A DNA stretch of 64,000 nt from a virus, in IMG/VR virus record IMGVR_UViG_3300037189_006220, positions 56,519 through 120,518 of that record. The stretch is one strand, 5' to 3'. The position numbers and the translations under genes were made by a program. The notes below the pieces were generated by a model. It was given only the letters and a program-made list of their open reading frames with translations, was not told the origin of the DNA and did no database searches. Positions 7,363 through 15,061 of this stretch are shown here, piece by piece (positions within the stretch are counted from its first letter, which is position 1; every line of letters begins with the position of its first letter).

Positions 7363-8346
7363 CTACTTAGTCTGCGTAATCCGCACAACTTCGTAGTCTG
7401 GATACCAGATGGGGTGAAGACCAATAGTCTTACCGTCATTAGGAGAGTCGAGCATAAGCCCGTTTCCAGCCCAGAACCCAATGTGACCCGGCATATAGAC
7501 AAGGTCACCTAGACGAGCCTCTGAGCGAGGGATAACCCTATTTTGGTCACGCTGAACTCGCGCACCATGATAGAGGTCAATCCCAAACTTAGAGTACACA
7601 TACTTAGTGAATCCAGAGCAATCGAACCCATAAGCAACATACTTTGTTGAGCGGTAAGGCACTCCCTGATATTTCATTGCTTCATCAAACACTGGAGAGA
7701 CTCCAACCTTAGGCATAGCAAATACACCAGCATATGTATCTATAACCACATCAACTGTATCTCTATGCCAAGCACGAGGATTACCGCTAGTAACTACGAT
7801 TTGCCCCGGCTCATATGTATCTGCCCATGCGCTCTGATGACTTGATACAACAAGTCCCAAACCAATAAGCAACGCAGATACACCAGTTACAGCCCATGTA
7901 CGGCTACGAAAACGGCTTAGAAATGCTACCGGAACTGTTCCCGGAGAGTCACTGCTAATGCTCTCAGAAGCCGTCTCAGGGCTGATTAAGTCCTGTTCTA
8001 CAGCTTCTTTTACTCTCTCAATGACAGTCTGCCCAATTGCATGAGTAATGGTTCCAGAATCAAATTCACTGAAAACACTCTCAACTGCTTGAACAGCATC
8101 TGAGACAATACTATCGGCTACCTCTTTGGTAACCTCTTCCATTGTTCCAATTCCAACAACGGACTTTAGACAGTCGGACTGCCATCTTGCTAGTCCAACA
8201 CCAGAAGCATCAGCCCCGACTACTTTTTCGTAGTCCTTACGTGCCCTGTCTAGCACGTAACTGGTTCTGTCAGAAACAGCTTCGCTGGAGTTAAATCTCC
8301 ATTTAGTTCGTAGCTGTTCGAGTTCGGATTTTTGTTTCTTATTCAC
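7363..8346 (-). CDS. membrane-anchored NlpC/P60 peptidoglycan endopeptidase
   Basis: C-terminal GVPY, FDCSGF, GDLV, GHIG; central TM segment. Confidence 0.85.
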   Translation of the reverse strand: MNKKQKSELEQLRTKWRFNSSEAVSDRTSYVLDRARKDYEKVVGADASGVGLARWQSDCLKSVVGIGTMEEVTKEVADSIVSDAVQAVESVFSEFDSGTITHAIGQTVIERVKEAVEQDLISPETASESISSDSPGTVPVAFLSRFRSRTWAVTGVSALLIGLGLVVSSHQSAWADTYEPGQIVVTSGNPRAWHRDTVDVVIDTYAGVFAMPKVGVSPVFDEAMKYQGVPYRSTKYVAYGFDCSGFTKYVYSKFGIDLYHGARVQRDQNRVIPRSEARLGDLVYMPGHIGFWAGNGLMLDSPNDGKTIGLHPIWYPDYEVVRITQTK

Positions 8347-8428
8347 TGTGTCATTCCTTTCCGCCTAGACGGTCTAGGCTTGTCATAGTACACAGTTATG
8401 CGCCGAAACGCAACTTGTTATTATTCAG

Positions 8429-8623
8429 TTATAGGATGTCCTCGTACAAAACAGTTCTTGCTAAGTCAAGGACATGTGGAGAATCGTACTTCCCGCCTCT
8501 GTGTGCGGAATAGAGAAATAGGTAACTATCGACGATACCAAGAGGCAACGCGCCATCTTTGTCTCGAAGTAACTCTAATTTAGTTAGGGCAGAAAGTACA
8601 ATTTGTTCAGGACTGCCGTCCAT
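8429..8623 (-). CDS. hypothetical protein
   Basis: ORF with possible RBS GAAGGCGG. Confidence 0.6.
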   Translation of the reverse strand: MDGSPEQIVLSALTKLELLRDKDGALPLGIVDSYLFLYSAHRGGKYDSPHVLDLARTVLYEDIL

Positions 8624-8667
8624 AATAGCCCGCCTTCAGGGAAACAAACGTCTTTCCAGTTTACCAG

Positions 8668-8799
8668 TCAGGCACTTTTACGATATGGATTTCTAGACTG
8701 GTGCTCCACATAAGAGTCCCCAGCCCCATCATCAAATCCAGCCCAGTAGCCTATTTCCCAAGCTTTAGCTAGTAAATCTTGAACTTCTTGCTCAGACAT
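8668..8799 (-). CDS. small hypothetical protein
   Basis: Not in track; MSEQEVQDLLAKAWEIGYWAG..RNPYRKSA with AW..GY..NPY motif; leaderless promoter. Confidence 0.7.
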   Translation of the reverse strand: MSEQEVQDLLAKAWEIGYWAGFDDGAGDSYVEHQSRNPYRKSA

Positions 8800-8912
8800 A
8801 GCCCCCAGTTTACACCTAATAATTGTCCATAGTGAATCATCTAGAACAATTTGTCAGCCTTTAAAATTATAGGTATAACACCACACTATGTCTTCGGACA
8901 GTAAGGAGCTAC

Positions 8913-8963
8913 ATGATTAAAATGTTTAACTCAACTTACGAAAGGGTCTGTTCTTCTACCTAG
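8913..8963 (+). CDS. 16-aa peptide
   Basis: MIKMFNSTYERVCSST, RBS AAGGAG, upstream TTGTCA-17-TATAAC, downstream terminator. Confidence 0.45.
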   Translation: MIKMFNSTYERVCSST

Positions 8964-8986
8964 GCGGTGGTCCAATATCTACGACT

Positions 8987-9018
8987 AACCCCCCGAGCAA
9001 TTTGCTCAGGGGGTTTTT
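8987..9018. terminator. intrinsic terminator
   Basis: AACCCCC.GAGCAA/TTGCTC.GGGGGTTTTT. Confidence 0.7.
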
Positions 9019-9029
9019 CGTTGTCTAGA

Positions 9030-9923
9030 CTAAAAATCTCCGGGCTGAACTTGGAAACACTTAAGACCAATCTCACGCCACATATCAACAACCTGCTGAC
9101 GGTCATCAAATACTCCACGGACATTGTATTTATCCGCAATGTGCTTGTAAAACAGCTCGTGCTTTACAATACTATCCTTACGAACATCCCCAGACGGACG
9201 CATAAATAGCTCGTACTCTCCAACATGCATCTTGAGCCAATGCTCTGTCTCGGAGCGGTGGTCTTCTGAGCGACCAGACATGATAATGATTTTGTTCCAG
9301 TGGCTTAGGTCACGAAGAACTTTTGCCACACTAATATCAAGAATATCCTCGTGCGCCCGAGACGCATCATAGATATCCCGAGGGTTATCAGGATTGAGGT
9401 GAGCTAGTGTGCCATCGATATCAAAAAGGTACGCGTCGTCAGCATCCTTACGCGGAGTATAGGTGACAAAGTCAGAGGAAGTCTTGGTGTACAGCGGAGG
9501 AGGAAGAAGTTCTCCGCTCTTGGTGTAACGCTTGTAGAAGTCAGCAATGACCCCCTCCCCAACCTTCCGAGAACGCTTACGGTCACGGTCAATAGCCTCG
9601 GCTAAGAGGATAGGGAAGTCTTGATACTTCACCGAGTAGTCGTAGTGAGAAGCCAAGTCCAGAACACTACGAACGTGCTTATCATTAAGGTTCGTATTAT
9701 CGAGGACAATATCTAACCCATCTGACATAGCCGAGCGCATGATTGATTCCTGCACACGAGTTACCGAAGTCTCATTGACTCGGATATACCTACCAAAGAG
9801 CATGAACCGGATATCGTCACGGTTGATACGAACGCGCTCACCCTTGGAGTTTTCAACCCACTGGATAGCCCACGAGGACTTACCACTAGCAGGGATACCT
9901 CGGCAAATAATCAAAGTCTTCAT
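9030..9923 (-). CDS. pnk: polynucleotide 5'-kinase/3'-phosphatase (T4 PseT-like)
   Basis: N-terminal GIPASGKS, INRDDIR; C-terminal HAD DIDGT, SGR, K..D, DDR. Confidence 0.93.
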   Translation of the reverse strand: MKTLIICRGIPASGKSSWAIQWVENSKGERVRINRDDIRFMLFGRYIRVNETSVTRVQESIMRSAMSDGLDIVLDNTNLNDKHVRSVLDLASHYDYSVKYQDFPILLAEAIDRDRKRSRKVGEGVIADFYKRYTKSGELLPPPLYTKTSSDFVTYTPRKDADDAYLFDIDGTLAHLNPDNPRDIYDASRAHEDILDISVAKVLRDLSHWNKIIIMSGRSEDHRSETEHWLKMHVGEYELFMRPSGDVRKDSIVKHELFYKHIADKYNVRGVFDDRQQVVDMWREIGLKCFQVQPGDF

Positions 9924-9960
9924 ATGAGAACCTTACTGGTTTAATATGAAAAAATCAAGT

Positions 9961-10033
9961 TGCTGCCCCGTCTGGACTCGAACCAAAAATGCCTGAGTCA
10001 AAGTCAGGAGTGTTGCCATTACACCACGGGGCA
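9961..10033 (-). tRNA. tRNA-Gln(TTG)
   Basis: Cloverleaf, anticodon arm CCTGA-CTTTGAC-TCAGG, GGTTCGAGTCC. Confidence 0.92.
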
Positions 10034-10038
10034 AAGTA

Positions 10039-10362
10039 CTAAAAGGATTCCATATCCCTATCGTAATTCTTCTTTGCCTCTTCCATGTCAATCTGAATGG
10101 AAAGAATATCCATTACATTTTTGAAAAAGACTGCTTTGCTTCCCTGATTAGCTTCCATGCAGTATTCAAAGTTCCACTGAAGAATTGCTTTCCATCGGTC
10201 TTTTTCCGCCTGAATACCCTCTAAGTATCCTTCGTCGTGACCTTCGCTCCAGCCATCTTCGTATCCGGTAGTCTCACCAGCTTCGTAACCCTCTTCAAAG
10301 CCAGTAAGCCGAGCCATCTCAAGTTCTTTATTGATTGCCTTAGTAATTTTTTTAACTGACAT
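10039..10362 (-). CDS. hypothetical protein with GxxxG repeats
   Basis: GFEEGYEAG..GYEDG..GYLEG; leaderless start at 10362. Confidence 0.7.
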   Translation of the reverse strand: MSVKKITKAINKELEMARLTGFEEGYEAGETTGYEDGWSEGHDEGYLEGIQAEKDRWKAILQWNFEYCMEANQGSKAVFFKNVMDILSIQIDMEEAKKNYDRDMESF

Positions 10363-10457
10363 ATCTAGATTGTATATCAGAATATAAAAAAGTGCCATTT
10401 GATTTACACGGGGATGGCAACCGTGCCTACAGAATGCTTACGCCGAGTTCTGTATCG

Positions 10458-10530
10458 CTCCCCGACTTGGACTCGAACCAAGAACTCCCGAGTTAACAGC
10501 TCGGCACTCTGCCAATTGAGTTATCGAGGA
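10458..10530 (-). tRNA. tRNA-Asn(GTT)
   Basis: CCGAG-CTGTTAA-CTCGG anticodon arm, canonical D/T arms. Confidence 0.93.
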
Positions 10531-10531
10531 A

Positions 10532-10607
10532 TGGGGCCCCCTACCGGAATCGAACCGATGACATCCATATTACAAGTATGGCACTCTACCAACTGAGTTA
10601 AGGGGGC
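10532..10607 (-). tRNA. tRNA-Thr(TGT)
   Basis: CCATA-CTTGTAA-TATGG, encoded CCA. Confidence 0.94.
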
Positions 10608-10617
10608 AAGTATTAAG

Positions 10618-11340
10618 TTATGGAGATACTCTACCATTTTTATTGAAGGCAGACCAAGTCGCAGGAAAAAGAATCTGAAACTCTTCTTCCATCTTCATTG
10701 CGACATTCTCAATCTCCCACTGAGGCTTGGTAGAAAACGTAGCGTTCCCATCATCAACACGCAGAGATAGAAATGCCATCAGCGAGCGAGCATTACAAGT
10801 TGCGTACATCTCAGAGAATAGACCAACAGGAAGCACGGAACGAGCAACCTCATTAGCCATACCGTCCTCTAGAAGTTCTTTGTACGCCTTCCATGCCTTA
10901 CGGTAGGACTTTTCCATTACGGCATTAGTGAGTGGCGTAAGAGCAGGATGACCAGATACCAAGTCGGGGTGTGCAGATGACCCCTGCTGAATAAGAGGAC
11001 GAGTCGGAGGGTATACCCAGAACTTTGGCTCCATCTCCTTATAGCGAGCAGATACCTCGTTGTACGACCAGCCAATGCGGTGACGCATGAACTCACGGAA
11101 TACAAAGATAGGAGCCGAAATACGGAACGTCATCGAGTTGTGCTCAAAGGGAGACCCATGTCGGTTCTTTACCAAGTAGTTAATAAGCTTGGCATCTGCT
11201 CCCGGGAGATATTCCTCAAGGTCAAGACCAGTGGAGACACGAGCTGCTGCCGCAATTGATGCATCTGACCCTACGCTCTGTACAAGCTCAACAGTCATTT
11301 CATTACTTAGCTGAATCACGTAGTCTTCCGATTTCATCAT
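10618..11340 (-). CDS. thyX: flavin-dependent thymidylate synthase
   Basis: H.SPFEH and RHRIGWSYNEVSARY motif. Confidence 0.95.
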   Translation of the reverse strand: MMKSEDYVIQLSNEMTVELVQSVGSDASIAAAARVSTGLDLEEYLPGADAKLINYLVKNRHGSPFEHNSMTFRISAPIFVFREFMRHRIGWSYNEVSARYKEMEPKFWVYPPTRPLIQQGSSAHPDLVSGHPALTPLTNAVMEKSYRKAWKAYKELLEDGMANEVARSVLPVGLFSEMYATCNARSLMAFLSLRVDDGNATFSTKPQWEIENVAMKMEEEFQILFPATWSAFNKNGRVSP

Positions 11341-11548
11341 TTATGTAGAAAATTGCCTTATTAAGGTCTTCGATTTGTTTCTCTAGTTGAGCCTTATCAG
11401 CCTCGTCTTTGAGACCGGCCCGCCACAGATACTTAATAGCATTACCAATATTGAAGTTCCGGTGTCGCGTTACCTGAATACACTCAAGACCGGATGGGTC
11501 AGAGGTGTAGTGCTTAGGATGATTTACCGGGTCATGCTCAGACTTCAT
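11303..11548 (-). CDS. DUF3310 family protein (putative nucleotide kinase)
   Basis: VNHPKHY..ECI..GNAIKYLWRAG.K..EDL.KA.FY. Confidence 0.88.
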   Translation of the reverse strand: MKSEHDPVNHPKHYTSDPSGLECIQVTRHRNFNIGNAIKYLWRAGLKDEADKAQLEKQIEDLNKAIFYINDEIGRLRDSAK

Positions 11549-11705
11549 CAGTTTCCTTTTGCCAACCCGTGATATCGACCACATTTACTAAAAGAAGGTA
11601 CTCGCGACCATTATCAAAGTAGCTTGCGGTCTTACCCTCACGGGTGACAATTCCTGCTTCTTCCATCTCATCAAGAAGCTTCATTCTGACGTTATTGTCG
11701 TTCAT
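11538..11705 (-). CDS. hypothetical protein
   Basis: Not in track; MNDNNVRMKLLDEMEEAG.. with TGTTAGGAT leaderless promoter. Confidence 0.65.
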   Translation of the reverse strand: MNDNNVRMKLLDEMEEAGIVTREGKTASYFDNGREYLLLVNVVDITGWQKETDEV

Positions 11706-11726
11706 ACGAATATCCTAACATATGAG

Positions 11727-11807
11727 TGGGCTTGAAGGGACTTGAACCCTCACGTCCGAAGACACTGGAACCTAAATCCAGCGTGTCTGCCATTTCACCA
11801 CAAGCCC
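11727..11807 (-). tRNA. tRNA-Leu(TAG)
   Basis: CTGGA-TTTAGGT-TCCAG, long variable arm. Confidence 0.93.
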
Positions 11808-11811
11808 AGAA

Positions 11812-12477
11812 TTACTTTACTGCAAGTTTCTTATTGACCCAAACTTGGTCTTGGATTCCAAAGCCCCACTCATAAGAGACATCTACTAGAGCAAATCCGC
11901 TATGTTGCATAAACGAAGCAACCTCTAGATTATTTCGATGACTAAAGTGCGTGGACTCAGTCTCTGTTTCTAGATGTAGAACCTTAATCTTATTTAGGTA
12001 GTCTCCTAACCCAAGAAGTGTTTGATAAGTAAATCCTTCGACATCAACTTTGACTACATCAATAAAACTGCTACGCAGACCGATAGAGGTAAAGAGACTA
12101 TCCAGCCGAGTCACTCGAACAGGAATTACTTCATATTTACCCACAAAGACTGCCTCAGAAGTAATCTTTTTAGCACTCATCGACGAGCACCCAGCCAAGT
12201 CTTTATCATCCGAGATGACCTGCTGAAAACTGGTTAGCCCATTATAGTCAGAGACTGCTGTCTCATAGACTTCAAACTCCGGGTATCGATGCCGAGTCTC
12301 AGCCACAGCAATAGGATTAGCGTCAATAGCAATGACTCGCTTACCACCTAGCTTTTCACGCAGATACTCTGCGTCATCACCATCACGAGTACCGACATCA
12401 ATAACTACCCCAGCCTCACCCCCACCAAAATAGGCGCGATAGTTTTCAACGACTGGTTCTAACCACTTATTTTCCAC
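11812..12477 (-). CDS. FkbM family methyltransferase
   Basis: VIDVG..DG, DANP, RLD, VVKVDVEG motifs; start placed at GTG 12477 because upstream part is tRNA. Confidence 0.85.
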   Translation of the reverse strand: MENKWLEPVVENYRAYFGGGEAGVVIDVGTRDGDDAEYLREKLGGKRVIAIDANPIAVAETRHRYPEFEVYETAVSDYNGLTSFQQVISDDKDLAGCSSMSAKKITSEAVFVGKYEVIPVRVTRLDSLFTSIGLRSSFIDVVKVDVEGFTYQTLLGLGDYLNKIKVLHLETETESTHFSHRNNLEVASFMQHSGFALVDVSYEWGFGIQDQVWVNKKLAVK

Positions 12478-12478
12478 G

Positions 12479-12552
12479 TCGGGATGACAGGACTTGAACC
12501 TGCGACATCCTGTTCCCAAAACAGGCACTCTACCAAGCTGAGCTACATCCCG
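12479..12552 (-). tRNA. tRNA-Pro(TGG)
   Basis: CCTGT-TTTGGGA-ACAGG. Confidence 0.93.
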
Positions 12553-12553
12553 G

Positions 12554-12640
12554 CGGAAGTGACAGGATTCGAACCTGCGGTTGGCTTTCACCAACTCTTG
12601 TTTTCAAGACAAGCACCATAAGCCTCTCGGTCACACTTCC
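12554..12640 (-). tRNA. tRNA-Ser(TGA)
   Basis: CTTGT-CTTGAAA-ACAAG, long variable arm. Confidence 0.93.
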
Positions 12641-12792
12641 AAGAAAAGCCTAGCATAAGAATAAAACAGAACCCCCTCACCGCCTATAAATAGATATCGG
12701 AATTGGGGGTTCTGCCATGCAATTTGAGTGTCTCAAAGACTCTTACTAACCAGTGCTTAAGTAGTTAGTAAAAGCGTTCACGTTTGCACTAC

Positions 12793-12868
<76 letters not shown>

Positions 12869-12873
12869 GTACA

Positions 12874-12909
12874 AACCCCCGGCACTCTTTCGAGCTTGTT
12901 CCGGGGGTT
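12874..12909 (-). terminator. stem-loop/terminator downstream of ncRNA
   Basis: AACCCCCGG/CCGGGGGTT. Confidence 0.55.
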
Positions 12910-12913
12910 ATAA

Positions 12914-13075
12914 GTGTGAGTGGGTGGATTGCGTTTTACCACCACGGGTTTCCAGCAGAACATTAGTATGTACCGCACCCGACCACCTCTTTTACCCGCT
13001 AAGGCAGGGCGCTAACCCGAGGTGTGCTTTAGGCTCCTACTGGAAGAGCACATTCAGCCATCACTCCGCTCAACC
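12914..13075 (-). ncRNA. structured tRNA-like ncRNA of unknown family
   Basis: Terminal stem UGAGCGG/CCACUCA, 10-bp UUCCAGUAGG/UCUGCUGGAA helix with nested stems, GGUGG/CCACC 3' hairpin. Confidence 0.65.
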
Positions 13076-13129
13076 CGTCGGTCTTGCGTTATATATATGG
13101 TAACACATAAAAATAAATAGTGCAACTGG

Positions 13130-13214
13130 TGGTGGCGGATGAGAGATTTGCACTCCCGAAGGGGAACCCAGCTGATTTACAGTCAGCCCTCGTTGGCTAC
13201 TTGAGTAATCCGCC
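13130..13214 (-). tRNA. tRNA-Tyr(GTA)
   Basis: GCTGA-CTGTAAA-TCAGC, encoded CCA. Confidence 0.92.
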
Positions 13215-13403
13215 GTAAGAATTTAGTGTACCACAGCACAAAAAGCCCCGGAACTTCCCGAAGCTTTTTGGCATACAACCCCACACGAAGCCGAAATGTA
13301 AGAGCGTACAAACAGCTCCACCTCGTGGTTGGTCGTATATTAATATTAGCGTAAAGAAAACCCCGCAACAATTTCTTGTTACGGGGCAGTCTTATGATGC
13401 TAC

Positions 13404-13688
13404 TTAGTTATTGGGATTCCACGTAGCAGTGGGGGTTGCGGTGGTAGCTGGAGCCGAAGCTGAAGCAGTAGCACCGCTCAGGTCGGGCTGTGCAGGAAGA
13501 ACAGCCACGATACTTGTTAGAACTGAAATAACACCAGCGATAATCGCACTACCAGCAACTGGTACAAGCGACCCATCGAAGAGGTTAGATACAGATGCAG
13601 TTGTAAACACAGCAAGGAAAGTCTGAATGACAGTCTTGAGTGCACGTTCTCCAGCATACTGCCAGAATGTTTTTGTGAGGATAGTCAC
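13404..13688 (-). CDS. holin (r1t-like)
   Basis: FW..A.ERA.KT..Q..SVLTS, two TMs, adjacent to endolysin. Confidence 0.88.
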   Translation of the reverse strand: MTILTKTFWQYAGERALKTVIQTFLAVFTTASVSNLFDGSLVPVAGSAIIAGVISVLTSIVAVLPAQPDLSGATASASAPATTATPTATWNPNN

Positions 13689-13704
13689 GGTAACTCCTTA
13701 TTTA

Positions 13705-14370
13705 TTAGCGAAGAGGCGAGCCAGCACGTTGCATGGCTGCATAGGTTTGCGGTCCGGGAACGCCATCAACGGCACCCTTGTAGAGCCAGTGAGCTGCTAG
13801 CCACTTCTGTGTTGCAGTCCACGTTTTTGGTCCAGCGATTCCGTCAACAGTCCCTGAGTATCCCCAATACTGTGCAAGATACCCCTGAAGAGCTTTCCAG
13901 TTACGCTTCTGGATTACACCCGGCTCGGGAATCGGAGCAGGAATACCCACGAAGTGTGCATGCCAAGACTCTGAACCAATGTCGAAAACAAAACCGTGCT
14001 TAGCAAAAATTGCCGTTACAGTTCCGTTATCGTGACCGGGAGATACGTCAGCAGCCTTACCCCAACCGTGGATTGACCCACCGGGATAAGCAGCAGATGG
14101 TGTCTCACCGCGGTGCATACGTCCATACTGAAACCACTGGTTCGACTGACGAGTCGAGGTGAGTCGCTCATCTTTGATGTGCTGGTCAGCAGGAATACCA
14201 AGAGGACGGTAACCCTCATTGATATTGATTTTGATTTTGCTAGCAGCGCACTCAGCAATAGCAGCCTGAAGTGCGTAGGCAACATCGGGCTTGAAATAAT
14301 CGTTCTGTACCCGAATCATTGCGCCGGTAGGGATTTGACCATTTTTGTAGCCACCCCAATTGTCAGCCAT
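13705..14370 (-). CDS. endolysin: M15 peptidase + peptidoglycan-binding domain
   Basis: NGQIP, GYR, AA.PG.S.HGWG.A.D, E.WH; C-terminal DG..GP.T repeats. Confidence 0.9.
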   Translation of the reverse strand: MADNWGGYKNGQIPTGAMIRVQNDYFKPDVAYALQAAIAECAASKIKININEGYRPLGIPADQHIKDERLTSTRQSNQWFQYGRMHRGETPSAAYPGGSIHGWGKAADVSPGHDNGTVTAIFAKHGFVFDIGSESWHAHFVGIPAPIPEPGVIQKRNWKALQGYLAQYWGYSGTVDGIAGPKTWTATQKWLAAHWLYKGAVDGVPGPQTYAAMQRAGSPLR

Positions 14371-14415
14371 GTTTCTCCTTAGTTGTTGTCTTTTAATTCT
14401 AACAGAGACAGATTA

Positions 14416-14676
14416 CTATTTCTTAGAATCGCTTGTTTCTGCGGTTTCTGTAGCTACAACAGGAACCTCGGCAAGAAGACCCTCGAAGTAGGCAATGATG
14501 CTCTTAATAGCATCAATAGACTGATTCGACTGAGTAAGAAGCTCCTCATTATTTGTGTCTTGAGCGAGCTTTAGATTGAGTTCGTGCTGATATCCCTCGG
14601 CAGCAAACTGAGCAATCTTGCGCTGGAGCAAGATGCTTTTATCTTCGTCTGTGAGGTATGCGTCAAAGTCTGACAT
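14416..14676 (-). CDS. hypothetical protein
   Basis: RBS AGGAG; helical acidic ORF. Confidence 0.7.
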   Translation of the reverse strand: MSDFDAYLTDEDKSILLQRKIAQFAAEGYQHELNLKLAQDTNNEELLTQSNQSIDAIKSIIAYFEGLLAEVPVVATETAETSDSKK

Positions 14677-14720
14677 TTTTTCTCCTAGTAGTAGAAAGTA
14701 TCTAGAAGAATATTATCACA

Positions 14721-15050
14721 CTATTTACCAGAAATGATGGCTTGAATCTCTTCTTGTGTCAGACCAAGAGCAAGAAGTTTTTCGGTAGCAGAAACAATAT
14801 GAGGGTCAACTAGTGGCACATTGCGGATATCTTCATAACTTTTAATCCACGCATTTCCCCACGCAATAGCCTCCTTTTCACTGGCCCAAGCTTCTCCCGT
14901 TTCGGGACTCCAAGGTTGCATTGCGATAATGCCATCTGCACCATCAGTTACAACCGGAAAAACTCCTTCAATACCACGAGAAAATTCAACAATCTGTTCT
15001 TCTGTGTACTGGTAAAAATCTCCAGTACCACTATAAATTTCTACATTCAT
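14721..15050 (-). CDS. hypothetical protein, possibly fibre-associated
   Basis: C-terminal KL.ALGLT.EEI motif common after phage tail genes. Confidence 0.65.
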   Translation of the reverse strand: MNVEIYSGTGDFYQYTEEQIVEFSRGIEGVFPVVTDGADGIIAMQPWSPETGEAWASEKEAIAWGNAWIKSYEDIRNVPLVDPHIVSATEKLLALGLTQEEIQAIISGK

Positions 15051-15061
15051 TTTTACTCCAA

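Noticed and set aside
10399-10596. Plus-strand ORF (also 12784-12966)
   Set aside because: Antisense to tRNA genes.
12478-12594. N-terminal extension of the 260-aa FkbM ORF
   Set aside because: It is read-through of tRNA-Pro and tRNA-Ser sequence.
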